A stretch of 50,673 nt of DNA. It comes from a virus. Its lineage: Duplodnaviria > Caudoviricetes. The notes below the pieces were generated by a model, which saw nothing but the letters and a program-made list of their open reading frames with translations, was not told the origin of the DNA and ran no database searches. Position numbers and translations under genes: made by a program. This document shows positions 17,231 to 26,186 of the stretch, in pieces. How positions within the stretch are numbered: position 1 is the first letter of the stretch; every line of letters starts with the position of its first letter. Location of the stretch: IMG/VR virus record IMGVR_UViG_3300031645_000001, positions 1 through 50,673 of that record, one strand, 5' to 3'.

Positions 17231-17589
17231 TGAAAATATTAAGTAATAAAGAAATTGAATATAAAGACTGGTATGATAAAAATGACGATCCTTATGGTAA
17301 AGCTTGTCTTATTTTTGCTGAAAGATGGGCAGAACTGATGGAAGAAGCTATAGCCAAAGGAGAAAAACTTGAGTTAGTAGCTAAACAACTATCTCATGAT
17401 GCTGACGAAGAAGGAATAACAGGCTTTATGTACGGTATGGCAGTTAATATTCTCTCTAGTGTCTGGATACATAGAGAGAAACTAAGAATTTGGCATAATC
17501 TCAATACCCAAATAAGTAATGAAGGAGAAAAAGCTAATGAATCTGGAAAGGTTTTAAATCCAGCACTTTTAAATATAAGAGGTAACTAA
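17230..17589 (+). CDS. Conserved phage hypothetical protein
   Basis: GITGFMYGMAVNIL...W.H pattern; coupled start. Confidence 0.75.
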   Translation: MKILSNKEIEYKDWYDKNDDPYGKACLIFAERWAELMEEAIAKGEKLELVAKQLSHDADEEGITGFMYGMAVNILSSVWIHREKLRIWHNLNTQISNEGEKANESGKVLNPALLNIRGN

Positions 17590-17591
17590 CT

Positions 17592-18434
17592 GTGGCCTAC
17601 AATTACCATAAGGAACTACAAAAAGTAAAGGAATTTTACGAGGGTGACCCACTTCAAAAGCGTTTCTCAGCACTTGTAACAGGGGAAACTAACGCTGGGA
17701 AAACTTTCATTCTCCGTACAGCACGGCGTCCTATTCACATAGACTCGTTTGATCCAGGAGGTACCAAATGTCTTAGGGATCTCATTGAAAAAGGTGACGT
17801 AATAGCTGACACTCGCTGGGAATCTGATGATCCTTTCAGTCCTACAACTTTCGCTGAGTGGAAGAAAACTATTGATATAAGAATGAGAATAGGTTATTTC
17901 AATCACTTTGGAACTTATTGCTTAGATTCTGCAACTACTTTTGGCGACGCTGTAATGAATGAACAGTTAGCTAGCAAAAATCGAGCAGGTGAAGCTCCTC
18001 AGCATCGTCATGACTATAATCCACAGAAGGTAAGTATGACTAATTATATCAAGAAACTAATGCGCTTACCTTGTGACTTTATCATGACTGGACACTTACG
18101 AGAGATTAAAAAGCTAGTCCGTATAGACCCTAAAACTGGGATAGCAACTGAAGATATAAAGTATCGCTTCTTAACAACTGGTCAAGCAGTTGTAACTATT
18201 CCACTTCTTTTTGACGAGATCTATGTCATAATAGGTAAAGATGGCAGAGGACGTGAACCTAAGCGTGAAATGCTTATCGACTCACTAGGTGAGTACATTG
18301 CTAGGTCACGCTTGAAAGCTAACGGTAAATTAGAAGCAAAGGAGCCTCCTGACATCCGTGCGCTGCTAAAGAAAATAGGGCTAAGTTGGGAGGATAAACC
18401 TAAGTTGGATTTGAAAGGAGGTGATAAAGAATGA
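17592..18434 (+). CDS. AAA ATPase, Sak4/AAA_24-like recombinase
   Basis: Walker A GETNAGKT, YCLDSAT, IMTGH; between exonuclease and SSB. Confidence 0.8.
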   Translation: MAYNYHKELQKVKEFYEGDPLQKRFSALVTGETNAGKTFILRTARRPIHIDSFDPGGTKCLRDLIEKGDVIADTRWESDDPFSPTTFAEWKKTIDIRMRIGYFNHFGTYCLDSATTFGDAVMNEQLASKNRAGEAPQHRHDYNPQKVSMTNYIKKLMRLPCDFIMTGHLREIKKLVRIDPKTGIATEDIKYRFLTTGQAVVTIPLLFDEIYVIIGKDGRGREPKREMLIDSLGEYIARSRLKANGKLEAKEPPDIRALLKKIGLSWEDKPKLDLKGGDKE

Positions 18435-18637
18435 GTGGAGATCTTTGGAAACATAGAAGTAAGGGTATAAGTTGTGCTACCTGTATGTGGTACATTGAAA
18501 AGGTTAAGGCTGAAGGTAGTAAAAACACAGCCCCAATCGGCAGATGTAGACGACACGCTCCCACTATGAATGGTTACCCAGTTGTATTTGAAACTGATTG
18601 GTGTGGAGATCACAAGCTAAATGAAAACGTAGTTTAA
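18431..18637 (+). CDS. Small Cys-rich protein
   Basis: CATC...GRCRRHAP...DWCGDH. Confidence 0.75.
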   Translation: MSGDLWKHRSKGISCATCMWYIEKVKAEGSKNTAPIGRCRRHAPTMNGYPVVFETDWCGDHKLNENVV

Positions 18638-18663
18638 TTAACTATTAACGAAGGAGAACTATC

Positions 18664-19080
18664 ATGTCATTAGTTGACTACAGCGATTTAGAAAGAGACA
18701 TTGACGATGCACCTGAGCCCAAGGTTCTTAACAGAGGAGCAAAAGTAAACGCTCGCATCATCTTTGTAAATGAAGGGATCTCAGACAAGAATGGAGCTCA
18801 GTGGTACATGCCTACCTTTGATGTACCTGATGATTCTATGGTAGTTGAGTTCAACGATTTCTTCTGGGATCTCTCAGAGCAAAACAAGGTTGACCCAAAG
18901 CAGTTCCAACGTAACCTTTATCGATTCAAGAATTTTGCAGAAGCTTTCGACATTGACTATTCCCGTCCTTTCTCATGGACTGATGACCTTCTAGGTAAGG
19001 AAGGTTGGGTAATCCTTGGGACTAAAAAAGACGACTATGGTGAGAAGAATTCTGTCTCGAAGTATGTCTCTGGAAAGTAA
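18664..19080 (+). CDS. ssb: Single-stranded DNA-binding protein (DUF669-like OB fold); -1 frame extension to 19121 ends in DDEIPF
   Basis: Follows the Sak4-like ATPase; beta-rich; acidic IPF tail encoded in the -1 frame just after the stop. Confidence 0.75.
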   Translation: MSLVDYSDLERDIDDAPEPKVLNRGAKVNARIIFVNEGISDKNGAQWYMPTFDVPDDSMVVEFNDFFWDLSEQNKVDPKQFQRNLYRFKNFAEAFDIDYSRPFSWTDDLLGKEGWVILGTKKDDYGEKNSVSKYVSGK

Positions 19081-19084
19081 CCAA

Positions 19085-19123
19085 GCCTAGAATGGTTGAA
19101 GATGATGAGATTCCATTCTAGGC
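19085..19123 (+). other. 11-bp stem-loop, candidate -1 frameshift stimulator
   Basis: GCCTAGAATGG / CCATTCTAGGC, 7 nt after GGA AAG. Confidence 0.6.
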
Positions 19124-19132
19124 ATTAATCAA

Positions 19133-19157
19133 TGATTGTACGAAATTCGTACAAACT
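19133..19157. repeat. 25-bp dyad motif copy 12
   Basis: TGATTGTACGAAATTCGTACAAACT. Confidence 0.9.
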
Positions 19158-19209
19158 TATTAAGGTGAGGGTGGGAAACTGGTGGGCAAAGTAAAGTGTA
19201 ACCTTAATA

Positions 19210-19234
19210 AGTCCATCCAATAATCGAACGAACT
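19210..19234. repeat. 25-bp dyad motif copy 13
   Basis: AGTCCATCCAATAATCGAACGAACT. Confidence 0.8.
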
Positions 19235-19297
19235 TAAAAAAGGGGATTAAAGATAACAACTAATAAAAATGTTGCTGCAGTAAGAAGAGAATCTCAG

Positions 19298-19531
19298 GTG
19301 GAATCTGAGATATCTATATTAAGTCAGTCATGTAATGAGCTTATTGATACAATATCAACACTGGAAGATAGGTTAACTAATATACTAAACTCAGAACTTC
19401 CATGCAAAGCTGAGGCGGATAAAGATGAGAAAGAAAGAGTCCCACTTGCAAATGCAATAAGAAGTGAGTCAGATAAGATAGTATACACAGTTCATAAATT
19501 GGCAACTTTAATTAACAGAATAGAACTGTAA
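19298..19531 (+). CDS. Hypothetical coiled-coil protein
   Basis: Frame is open back to ATA 19253, which follows an AGGGGA RBS. Confidence 0.6.
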   Translation: MESEISILSQSCNELIDTISTLEDRLTNILNSELPCKAEADKDEKERVPLANAIRSESDKIVYTVHKLATLINRIEL

Positions 19532-19556
19532 CTAACCCAAAACAAAGGAAGCAGCT

Positions 19557-19868
19557 ATGACTAACGAACAATTTCTTATCGAACTTGAATCAGCTTTCCT
19601 TCGTAGTAAACAAATCCTTAATAAAAAAGAAAAGGAATACTCTGAAGGAGTCGACCGCTTTGATCAATTTAAAAAGGTTGCTATTCTCAACAACGTCTCA
19701 CCTACTGAAGCTCTCTGGGGTATGGCTTCTAAGCATGTAACTTCTATAGCAGATATGTGTAAAGATCCAAAAATGTACGATTTAAAACAGTGGAGAGAAA
19801 AACTTACAGACCTTCGCAATTATACCTTTCTTGCTGATGCGCTGTTAATTGACTTAGAGGTGAAGTAA
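19557..19868 (+). CDS. All-alpha NTP-pyrophosphatase-like / nucleotide-modification-associated protein
   Basis: K..EYS...DRF..F...KH...EKLTDLRNY pattern. Confidence 0.55.
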   Translation: MTNEQFLIELESAFLRSKQILNKKEKEYSEGVDRFDQFKKVAILNNVSPTEALWGMASKHVTSIADMCKDPKMYDLKQWREKLTDLRNYTFLADALLIDLEVK

Positions 19869-19901
19869 GTATTTAATACTTGGGCAGTAGGTTTAGGAAC
19901 T

Positions 19902-20537
19902 ATGACTAGATACATTCAATCAATCTGTTATAAATGTGACCCTCGTCACTATACACCTGGTAAAACAATCCAGGTAGATAACGAGGGTTGCTGTACTTCA
20001 TGTGGAAGGGATATAATGACTAAAATCTGTAATCCATTAGACTCTAAAATATATGCTAATGTACAACCAGAACGAGAAAATTACTACAGAGAAAAACTAA
20101 AGCGCTGGGATACCTACTTCTACTCTATCTGTGTTGCAGTAGCTTCTAAATCACCTTGCCTTTCTCGCCAGATAGGTGCTATCCTAGTACGAAATAAGAG
20201 AATAATCTCAACAGGTTTCAACGGTCCTCCTGTCAACTATCCTCATTGCTTAACCTGTCCTCGAAAAGAACAAGGATTTAAATCTGGTGAAGGTCTCCAC
20301 ATTTGCCCTGCTACTCATGCTGAGGGCAACTGTATAGCAACTGCAGCTTTGAATGGAGTTTCTACATTAAACACTGCACTTTACATGAACTGCATCATAT
20401 CTTGCAAAGACTGCATGGCTTTACTAATCAATGCAGGAGTTAAGGAAATAATAGTTGATAAATCTGAACCTTACCACTATCTAGCACTTGAAATGGCTAA
20501 ACATGCTAACATTAAAATAAGGAAATTCATACTATGA
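19902..20537 (+). CDS. dCMP deaminase with N-terminal zinc-ribbon extension
   Basis: SPCLSRQIGAILV, TGFNG, HAEGN, CKDC. Confidence 0.9.
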   Translation: MTRYIQSICYKCDPRHYTPGKTIQVDNEGCCTSCGRDIMTKICNPLDSKIYANVQPERENYYREKLKRWDTYFYSICVAVASKSPCLSRQIGAILVRNKRIISTGFNGPPVNYPHCLTCPRKEQGFKSGEGLHICPATHAEGNCIATAALNGVSTLNTALYMNCIISCKDCMALLINAGVKEIIVDKSEPYHYLALEMAKHANIKIRKFIL

Positions 20538-21724
20538 AAATCTTAGTACTTGGCTCAGACGGTTACATCGGCTATCCACTCACTCAACACTTACTCAAAG
20601 AAGGTCATCAAGTAATAGGACTCGACAACTACTCAAGACGTGGGAGAGTAAGTTATCTTGGAAGTAATTCACTAACTCCTATAAAAGAACCTGATATTAG
20701 AACAAAATACCTAAACACTCTTGGAGAGTACTTAGGAACTATTCAACATACTTTAAATGAGCATAGTATAGATGGACTTAAAAATGCTATCAGGAAATTT
20801 TCTCCATCTAATAACTCAATAGATGCTATAGTTCATCTTGCTGAGCAACCTTCAGCACCTTGGTCTATGTTTAATGCTCAACAAGCTGTAATAACCCAGC
20901 GTGAAAACGTTTTAGGAACACTAAACCTTCTCTGGATAATGAAAGAAATCTGTCCAGAAGCTCACTTAGTTAAATTAGGAACTATGGGAGAGTATGGAAC
21001 ACCTACTTGTGATATTCCTGAGGGAGTTATACCTGAGGATTGCATAGGAAACATTCAAGACGAATATCATGGATCTGTAGCAGAATGTCCTATGTCCGGA
21101 CTCCTCTTCCCTCGCACACCTGGTTCCTTCTACCACCTAACCAAAGTACACGATACTTACAACATCCACTTTGCTTGTCGTAACTGGGGATTACATTCCA
21201 CTGACATTATGCAAGGTGTCTTATTTGGACTTGAGTCTGGAACTCGCTTCGACTACGACGAATACTTTGGCACAGCTATTAATCGCTTCTGTGTTCAGGC
21301 TATAATAGGTATGCCACTTACTGTCTATGGTTTAGGTCAGCAAACTCGTGGATTTCTACCTCTAAAAGATTCTATCCAGTGTTTAACAATAGCGTTAGAA
21401 AACCCACCTGAACTTGGTGAGTATAGAACACTTAACCAATTCGAGAATATTTACTCTATTAATCACTTAGCTGATATGGTATGTAGAGGTGCTAAACAAC
21501 TAGGAATCCATGCTTCTATTTCTCACATTTCTAATCCACGTAAGGAAGCTGAAAGTCATTACTACAATCCAGATCATCAGAAGCTATTTGATCTAGGTTA
21601 CATACCTACTACTAATATCCAAGGTGAGATAAATAACTTACTTGAAACTATCTTACCTTACAAAGATCGAGTAATTAAAGATGTAATAATGCCTAAAACA
21701 AACTGGAGGTTAACTAATGGCTAA
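20534..21724 (+). CDS. sqdB: UDP-sulfoquinovose synthase (SqdB/SQD1/Agl3 family)
   Basis: GSDGYIG, SLTPI, HLAEQPSAPWSM, HLVKLGTMGEYGTP, PGSFYHLTKVHD, RFDYD..FGTAINRF, NPRKEAESHYY. Confidence 0.92.
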   Translation: MKILVLGSDGYIGYPLTQHLLKEGHQVIGLDNYSRRGRVSYLGSNSLTPIKEPDIRTKYLNTLGEYLGTIQHTLNEHSIDGLKNAIRKFSPSNNSIDAIVHLAEQPSAPWSMFNAQQAVITQRENVLGTLNLLWIMKEICPEAHLVKLGTMGEYGTPTCDIPEGVIPEDCIGNIQDEYHGSVAECPMSGLLFPRTPGSFYHLTKVHDTYNIHFACRNWGLHSTDIMQGVLFGLESGTRFDYDEYFGTAINRFCVQAIIGMPLTVYGLGQQTRGFLPLKDSIQCLTIALENPPELGEYRTLNQFENIYSINHLADMVCRGAKQLGIHASISHISNPRKEAESHYYNPDHQKLFDLGYIPTTNIQGEINNLLETILPYKDRVIKDVIMPKTNWRLTNG

Positions 21725-21962
21725 TGAAAACTACAAGCCGCGCTTCTCATTTGAGGTAAGTGAGGAACAAAAGCAGCGTGCTGATAAAGTACTTTCTACC
21801 TACGGCTTACGCAAAGCTATCTTTGGTCAAATCTTAGACGATGTCTGTGACTTGATCGAAGAGTATGGTGGAGTAGCTATTGGAGTAATAATGAGTGGCA
21901 AGATAAAACCTAGAGACGTAATTCCATCTATGAAGCGAGCAGAGGAGGTGGGCAAAAAATGA
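21717..21962 (+). CDS. Small protein, possibly ribbon-helix-helix DNA-binding
   Basis: PRFSFEVSEEQKQR strand-helix pattern. Confidence 0.65.
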   Translation: MANENYKPRFSFEVSEEQKQRADKVLSTYGLRKAIFGQILDDVCDLIEEYGGVAIGVIMSGKIKPRDVIPSMKRAEEVGKK

Positions 21963-22153
21963 AAATCTGTGCTATGTGTGGTAAGAAACTAGTAAATGCA
22001 ATGCTACCTTTCAAGATAGTCATGGGTAAAGATATAACCATTGATGCATGTGGAAGGTGCTTTATGCTAACCAGAATCAATGACTTATTAATACAAATAA
22101 AGGAGCAACGAAATGGCAGATCTGAGCGACCTAGAATACAAATCCCTCACTGA
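21959..22153 (+). CDS. Small zinc-finger protein
   Basis: CAMC...CGRC. Confidence 0.65.
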   Translation: MKICAMCGKKLVNAMLPFKIVMGKDITIDACGRCFMLTRINDLLIQIKEQRNGRSERPRIQIPH

Positions 22154-22319
22154 TATGAACAACGATGAGGCTATAGAACTAATACGTCAAATTAGGCTCA
22201 GCCGTAGAATACCAGTAAAAAAGGTTAAAAAGACAACTAAAGCAACTAAAGCAAAAGCAGCAGTGCAACCAAATGCTGATCAAGCAGCTGAACTATTAAA
22301 GATCTTAACTGGAGGTTGA
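22113..22319 (+). CDS. Hypothetical basic protein
   Basis: AAGGAG RBS. Confidence 0.7.
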   Translation: MADLSDLEYKSLTDMNNDEAIELIRQIRLSRRIPVKKVKKTTKATKAKAAVQPNADQAAELLKILTGG

Positions 22320-22322
22320 CTA

Positions 22323-23636
22323 ATGACTATTGACGTAGGTACTGTAGCAATGATTCCATTGGAATCTATAACTATCTCAGAACGAGCTCGCAAGGAAATG
22401 GGAGACCTTAATGAACTAGAACTTGACATGAAGGAATCAGGTCTTATCCAACCACTTGCCTTTCAAAAAACTGACTCTGGATACTTACTCTTAGCTGGTG
22501 GTAGAAGATTTGCAGTCTTAGAAAAAAACAAGACTCCACTCATTCCAGCTAGAATATACGACAGAGAACTAACAGAACTTGAAATAAAGATCATTGAGAA
22601 GTCTGAAAACTTTCACCGTAAAGACTTTGAATACTATGAGTTAGATGTATTAACTATGGAAATCCATAGAATGAAACAAGAACTCCACGGTGTGAAAGCT
22701 CCAGGTCCTGATCAAGATGGTTGGGGCACTCGTGATACTGCAAAACTAATCAACGTTAAGAGTCCATCTGTCGTTGTAGATGCAGTTAAGCGAGCTGAAG
22801 CACGGGAAGTATTTCCAGAACTATTCGACAGCTGTAAAACAGCAAGTGATGCTTCTAAAGTGCTCAAGAAAATGGACGAAGCATTGATTAAACAAACTAT
22901 CGTACAGAAATTAGAAAGTGATAAATCAACTGGTACATTAACACAGTTATCTAAATGCTTTATTATCAAAGATTTCTTCAAAGGTGTTAAGGAAATCCCT
23001 GATAGCATCATGCACTTAGTAGAAATCGACCCTCCCTATGCTATCAACATCAAAGGTAAGAAGAAGAAAGATGGTGAGTCTAAATATATGCTACAAGACT
23101 ATAACGAGATAGATGTTGAAGACTACCAACTCTTCATGGCTAATGTTTTTAAAGAATGTTATCGAGTAATGACCAACCACTCATGGCTTATCTGCTGGTT
23201 TGCTCCAGAACCGTGGTTTGAAATTATTTACCAAGAACTAAACAATGCAGGATTTTCTACTAATCGTATGGTAGGTGTTTGGGCTAAAGGTTCAGGTCAA
23301 AGTATGCAACCTCAAACTCGTCTAGCTAACTCTTATGAGATGTTCTTCTACGCATGGAAAGGTCAACCTGCACTTAACAAAGCAGGTCGTAGTAATCTAT
23401 TCAACTTCCCACCAATCTCTGGACAACATAAGATTCATCCTACAGAGCGTCCAATAGAGCTTACCACTGAAATTTATAACACTTTTGCCTTTCCAGGTTC
23501 ACGTGTCCTTATTCCATTCCTCGGCTCAGGCAACGGTCTTATATCAGCTCACTTACTTAGCATGAGTCCTGTTGGATTTGAACTAGGTAAATCCCACAAA
23601 GATTCATTCTTGGTCAAAGTTCACATGATGAAATGA
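22323..23636 (+). CDS. ParB N-terminal/HTH domain fused to a beta-class N6A/N4C DNA methyltransferase
   Basis: GLIQP...LLAGGRR...ENFHRKD; HTH-like segment; DPPY, HPTERP, PFLGSG. Confidence 0.88.
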   Translation: MTIDVGTVAMIPLESITISERARKEMGDLNELELDMKESGLIQPLAFQKTDSGYLLLAGGRRFAVLEKNKTPLIPARIYDRELTELEIKIIEKSENFHRKDFEYYELDVLTMEIHRMKQELHGVKAPGPDQDGWGTRDTAKLINVKSPSVVVDAVKRAEAREVFPELFDSCKTASDASKVLKKMDEALIKQTIVQKLESDKSTGTLTQLSKCFIIKDFFKGVKEIPDSIMHLVEIDPPYAINIKGKKKKDGESKYMLQDYNEIDVEDYQLFMANVFKECYRVMTNHSWLICWFAPEPWFEIIYQELNNAGFSTNRMVGVWAKGSGQSMQPQTRLANSYEMFFYAWKGQPALNKAGRSNLFNFPPISGQHKIHPTERPIELTTEIYNTFAFPGSRVLIPFLGSGNGLISAHLLSMSPVGFELGKSHKDSFLVKVHMMK

Positions 23637-23658
23637 TCGTTCAATAATCGAACAAACT
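23634..23658. repeat. 25-bp dyad motif copy 14
   Basis: TGATCGTTCAATAATCGAACAAACT; starts at the TGA stop and ends just before the polA RBS. Confidence 0.9.
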
Positions 23659-23672
23659 TGGAGGTTAGCTAA

Positions 23673-26186
23673 ATGAAACGACTAATCGTACCACCCTCAG
23701 GTGACCGTAATGCTAAACTAGCCATCTGCGGTGAACAGCCAGGACCTTATGAAATACGTGCTCGTCCACCTAGACCTTTCATAGGTCCTTCAGGTAAAGG
23801 CTTAGACGAATGCTTGTCTATAACCAAAATCCTTCGCAGAGAACTGTACATAACTAATGTAATAAAAGATCTCGATAAACCTCTACGTGCTTACATTAAT
23901 ATAGGTACTCAAGGCCGCTTCACCATTAGTCCTGAAGGCTACCAATATATTCAAGAGTTAGGCAAGGAACTTAAAGCACTAAACTTAAACTGTATAGTAG
24001 CTTGTGGAAACGTACCTTTAATTGCCCTTACAAACAGAGTAGGAATTACAAAGTGGCGTGGATCTGTACTTGAATCTACACTCGTACCAGGACTTAAAGT
24101 AATACCTACTTTCCATCCAGCTACTTTCATCCCTCCAAAGTTCAACTTCCTTAACAAACCTTTAGTCTGCGAGGATTTAATAAATGCTAAAATTGAGTCA
24201 GAATTTAAAGAGATCAGGCGTAAAGAACGTAAGATTACAATTAAGCCGGTCTTTAGACAATCCATTGATATTCTCGACTACTGCTATCAAGCTGGACTAC
24301 GAGGGCAAACCATTGCTATTGACATTGAAGTCATCAATGGAGAGGTGGACTGTATCTCTTTTGGCTGGGCTATTGATCAAGCAGTGTCAATTCCCTTCCG
24401 TGATTCGCAAGGTGATTATTTCACTATTGATCAAGAAATTGAGATTATGCTCTTGGTTGCAAAGATTATTCAAGAACCTCGTATAGCTAAAGGTGGTGCT
24501 AATTTCATCTTTGACCTTCAATTCTTGTTTCACAAGTATGGAATACTGCCTACTGGCATAAACCACTGTACACAAATAGCTCAGAAAATATCTTACCCAG
24601 ATTTTGCTGCTAGCTTAGCTTTCGTAACTACCATGTACACTGATGTTCCGTATTACAAGGAAGACGGTAAGCAATGGATGAAGATGCAAGCTGGTTCATG
24701 GGAAGAGTGGTGGAACTATAACGGCATGGACTCTATCGTCCCTGTTGAAGCTCTCCCTAAGCAAATGGAAGTTCTTCGTAAACAAGGTAATGCTGAAACT
24801 TATGAACAGCAACGTAGGTTAATAGATCCACTCATCTACATGTCCGAGCGTGGCATTAAGTGTGACGTTCAAGGTATGTTGGACTATAAAAATGAACAAC
24901 AATGTACGTTAGATGAACTTGCCAAAGAATTAAATGAAGAAATTGGCTATTCTATTAACTTCAACTCACCACAGCAGTTAATGAAATACTTCTATGATGA
25001 GTGTAAGATAAAGCCTTATAAAAAGAAAAATTCAAAAGGTAAATATACAGTAACCACAGACGTTGATGCACTTAAGCGTATCAAGCGTCGTGATATAAAA
25101 GGTTCGCAAGCTGCTACTTTGATGCTAGATATTAGGTCACTTAGCAAGCGAATTTCAACTTACTTAAACATAGGAAAGGTGGATAAAGATGGAAGATATA
25201 GAAGTTCATATAAGCCAGTCGGAACTGAAACAGGTCGCCTCAGTTCTGGAGAAACTATCTTTGGTACTGGAGGCAATCAGCAAAATTGGCCTCATGACCT
25301 ACTTAGATTTTTCTTATTCGACGAAGGGTACATCGGGTATTCTTTTGATCTCTCACAAATTGAAAACAGAATTGTCGCTTACGTTGGAGGAGTCATCTCC
25401 CAAATCGAAGCCTTCGAATCCGGAGTAGACCTTCACCGTCTTACAGCGTCAGTAATCTTCGGTAAACCTTATGATCAAATTTCAGGTGAAGACGGATCAT
25501 CTACTCTAGGTGACGGTCGACAGTCGGAACGCTTCTGGGGTAAGAAGGGTAATCATGCAACCAACTACGACGTAGGCTTTAAGACCTTTGCACTTAAAAA
25601 TGAAATGCCTGAAGGTGAATCTAAGTATATCCTCGAAACTATCCATCGTGGTTATCCTCAAATCCGAAATGGCTATCACGTAGTAATCCAAAATATGCTT
25701 AAGAAAAATAGAGCTGTTACCAACCTATTTAACCGAAATAGATTATTCCTAGGCCCTATAATACCTTCCCACCCAAATGTACCTAAGGCTGCTTGCCTTG
25801 ACACTTATCGTCAGGCCTATGCGCAGCTTCCACAAAGTACTTGTGCGGATAAGATAAATCGTCAGGGACTTAACTTCGTCTATTACAATCAAACTATGTT
25901 CAAACCTCTCGAACTCCTCTCTCAAATACATGACTCTATTGTATTCCAGATTCCTTTATCCTTATCTTGGGAGGAACATGCTAAGATGTTACTCCTTATT
26001 AAATCATCACTTGAACAACCACTTCACTGGCATGACACAGAGATAGCTACACCAGCTGACCTCTGCATTGGACTTAATATGTGTAAGGATGATATGAAAG
26101 AATTAAAAAGTAAAGAAATTCCAACTTCAATTAATGCATTAGCTATTAAATTACAGGAGGTACACAATGATCTTAGTAAAACCTAG
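23673..26186 (+). CDS. polA: Family A DNA polymerase with N-terminal uracil-DNA glycosylase-like and 3'-5' exonuclease domains
   Basis: GEQPG...PFIGPSG...ITNVIK...FHPA; DIE, YNGMD; TGRLSS, DLSQIE, RFWGKKGNHATNY, QIHDS. Confidence 0.93.
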   Translation: MKRLIVPPSGDRNAKLAICGEQPGPYEIRARPPRPFIGPSGKGLDECLSITKILRRELYITNVIKDLDKPLRAYINIGTQGRFTISPEGYQYIQELGKELKALNLNCIVACGNVPLIALTNRVGITKWRGSVLESTLVPGLKVIPTFHPATFIPPKFNFLNKPLVCEDLINAKIESEFKEIRRKERKITIKPVFRQSIDILDYCYQAGLRGQTIAIDIEVINGEVDCISFGWAIDQAVSIPFRDSQGDYFTIDQEIEIMLLVAKIIQEPRIAKGGANFIFDLQFLFHKYGILPTGINHCTQIAQKISYPDFAASLAFVTTMYTDVPYYKEDGKQWMKMQAGSWEEWWNYNGMDSIVPVEALPKQMEVLRKQGNAETYEQQRRLIDPLIYMSERGIKCDVQGMLDYKNEQQCTLDELAKELNEEIGYSINFNSPQQLMKYFYDECKIKPYKKKNSKGKYTVTTDVDALKRIKRRDIKGSQAATLMLDIRSLSKRISTYLNIGKVDKDGRYRSSYKPVGTETGRLSSGETIFGTGGNQQNWPHDLLRFFLFDEGYIGYSFDLSQIENRIVAYVGGVISQIEAFESGVDLHRLTASVIFGKPYDQISGEDGSSTLGDGRQSERFWGKKGNHATNYDVGFKTFALKNEMPEGESKYILETIHRGYPQIRNGYHVVIQNMLKKNRAVTNLFNRNRLFLGPIIPSHPNVPKAACLDTYRQAYAQLPQSTCADKINRQGLNFVYYNQTMFKPLELLSQIHDSIVFQIPLSLSWEEHAKMLLLIKSSLEQPLHWHDTEIATPADLCIGLNMCKDDMKELKSKEIPTSINALAIKLQEVHNDLSKT

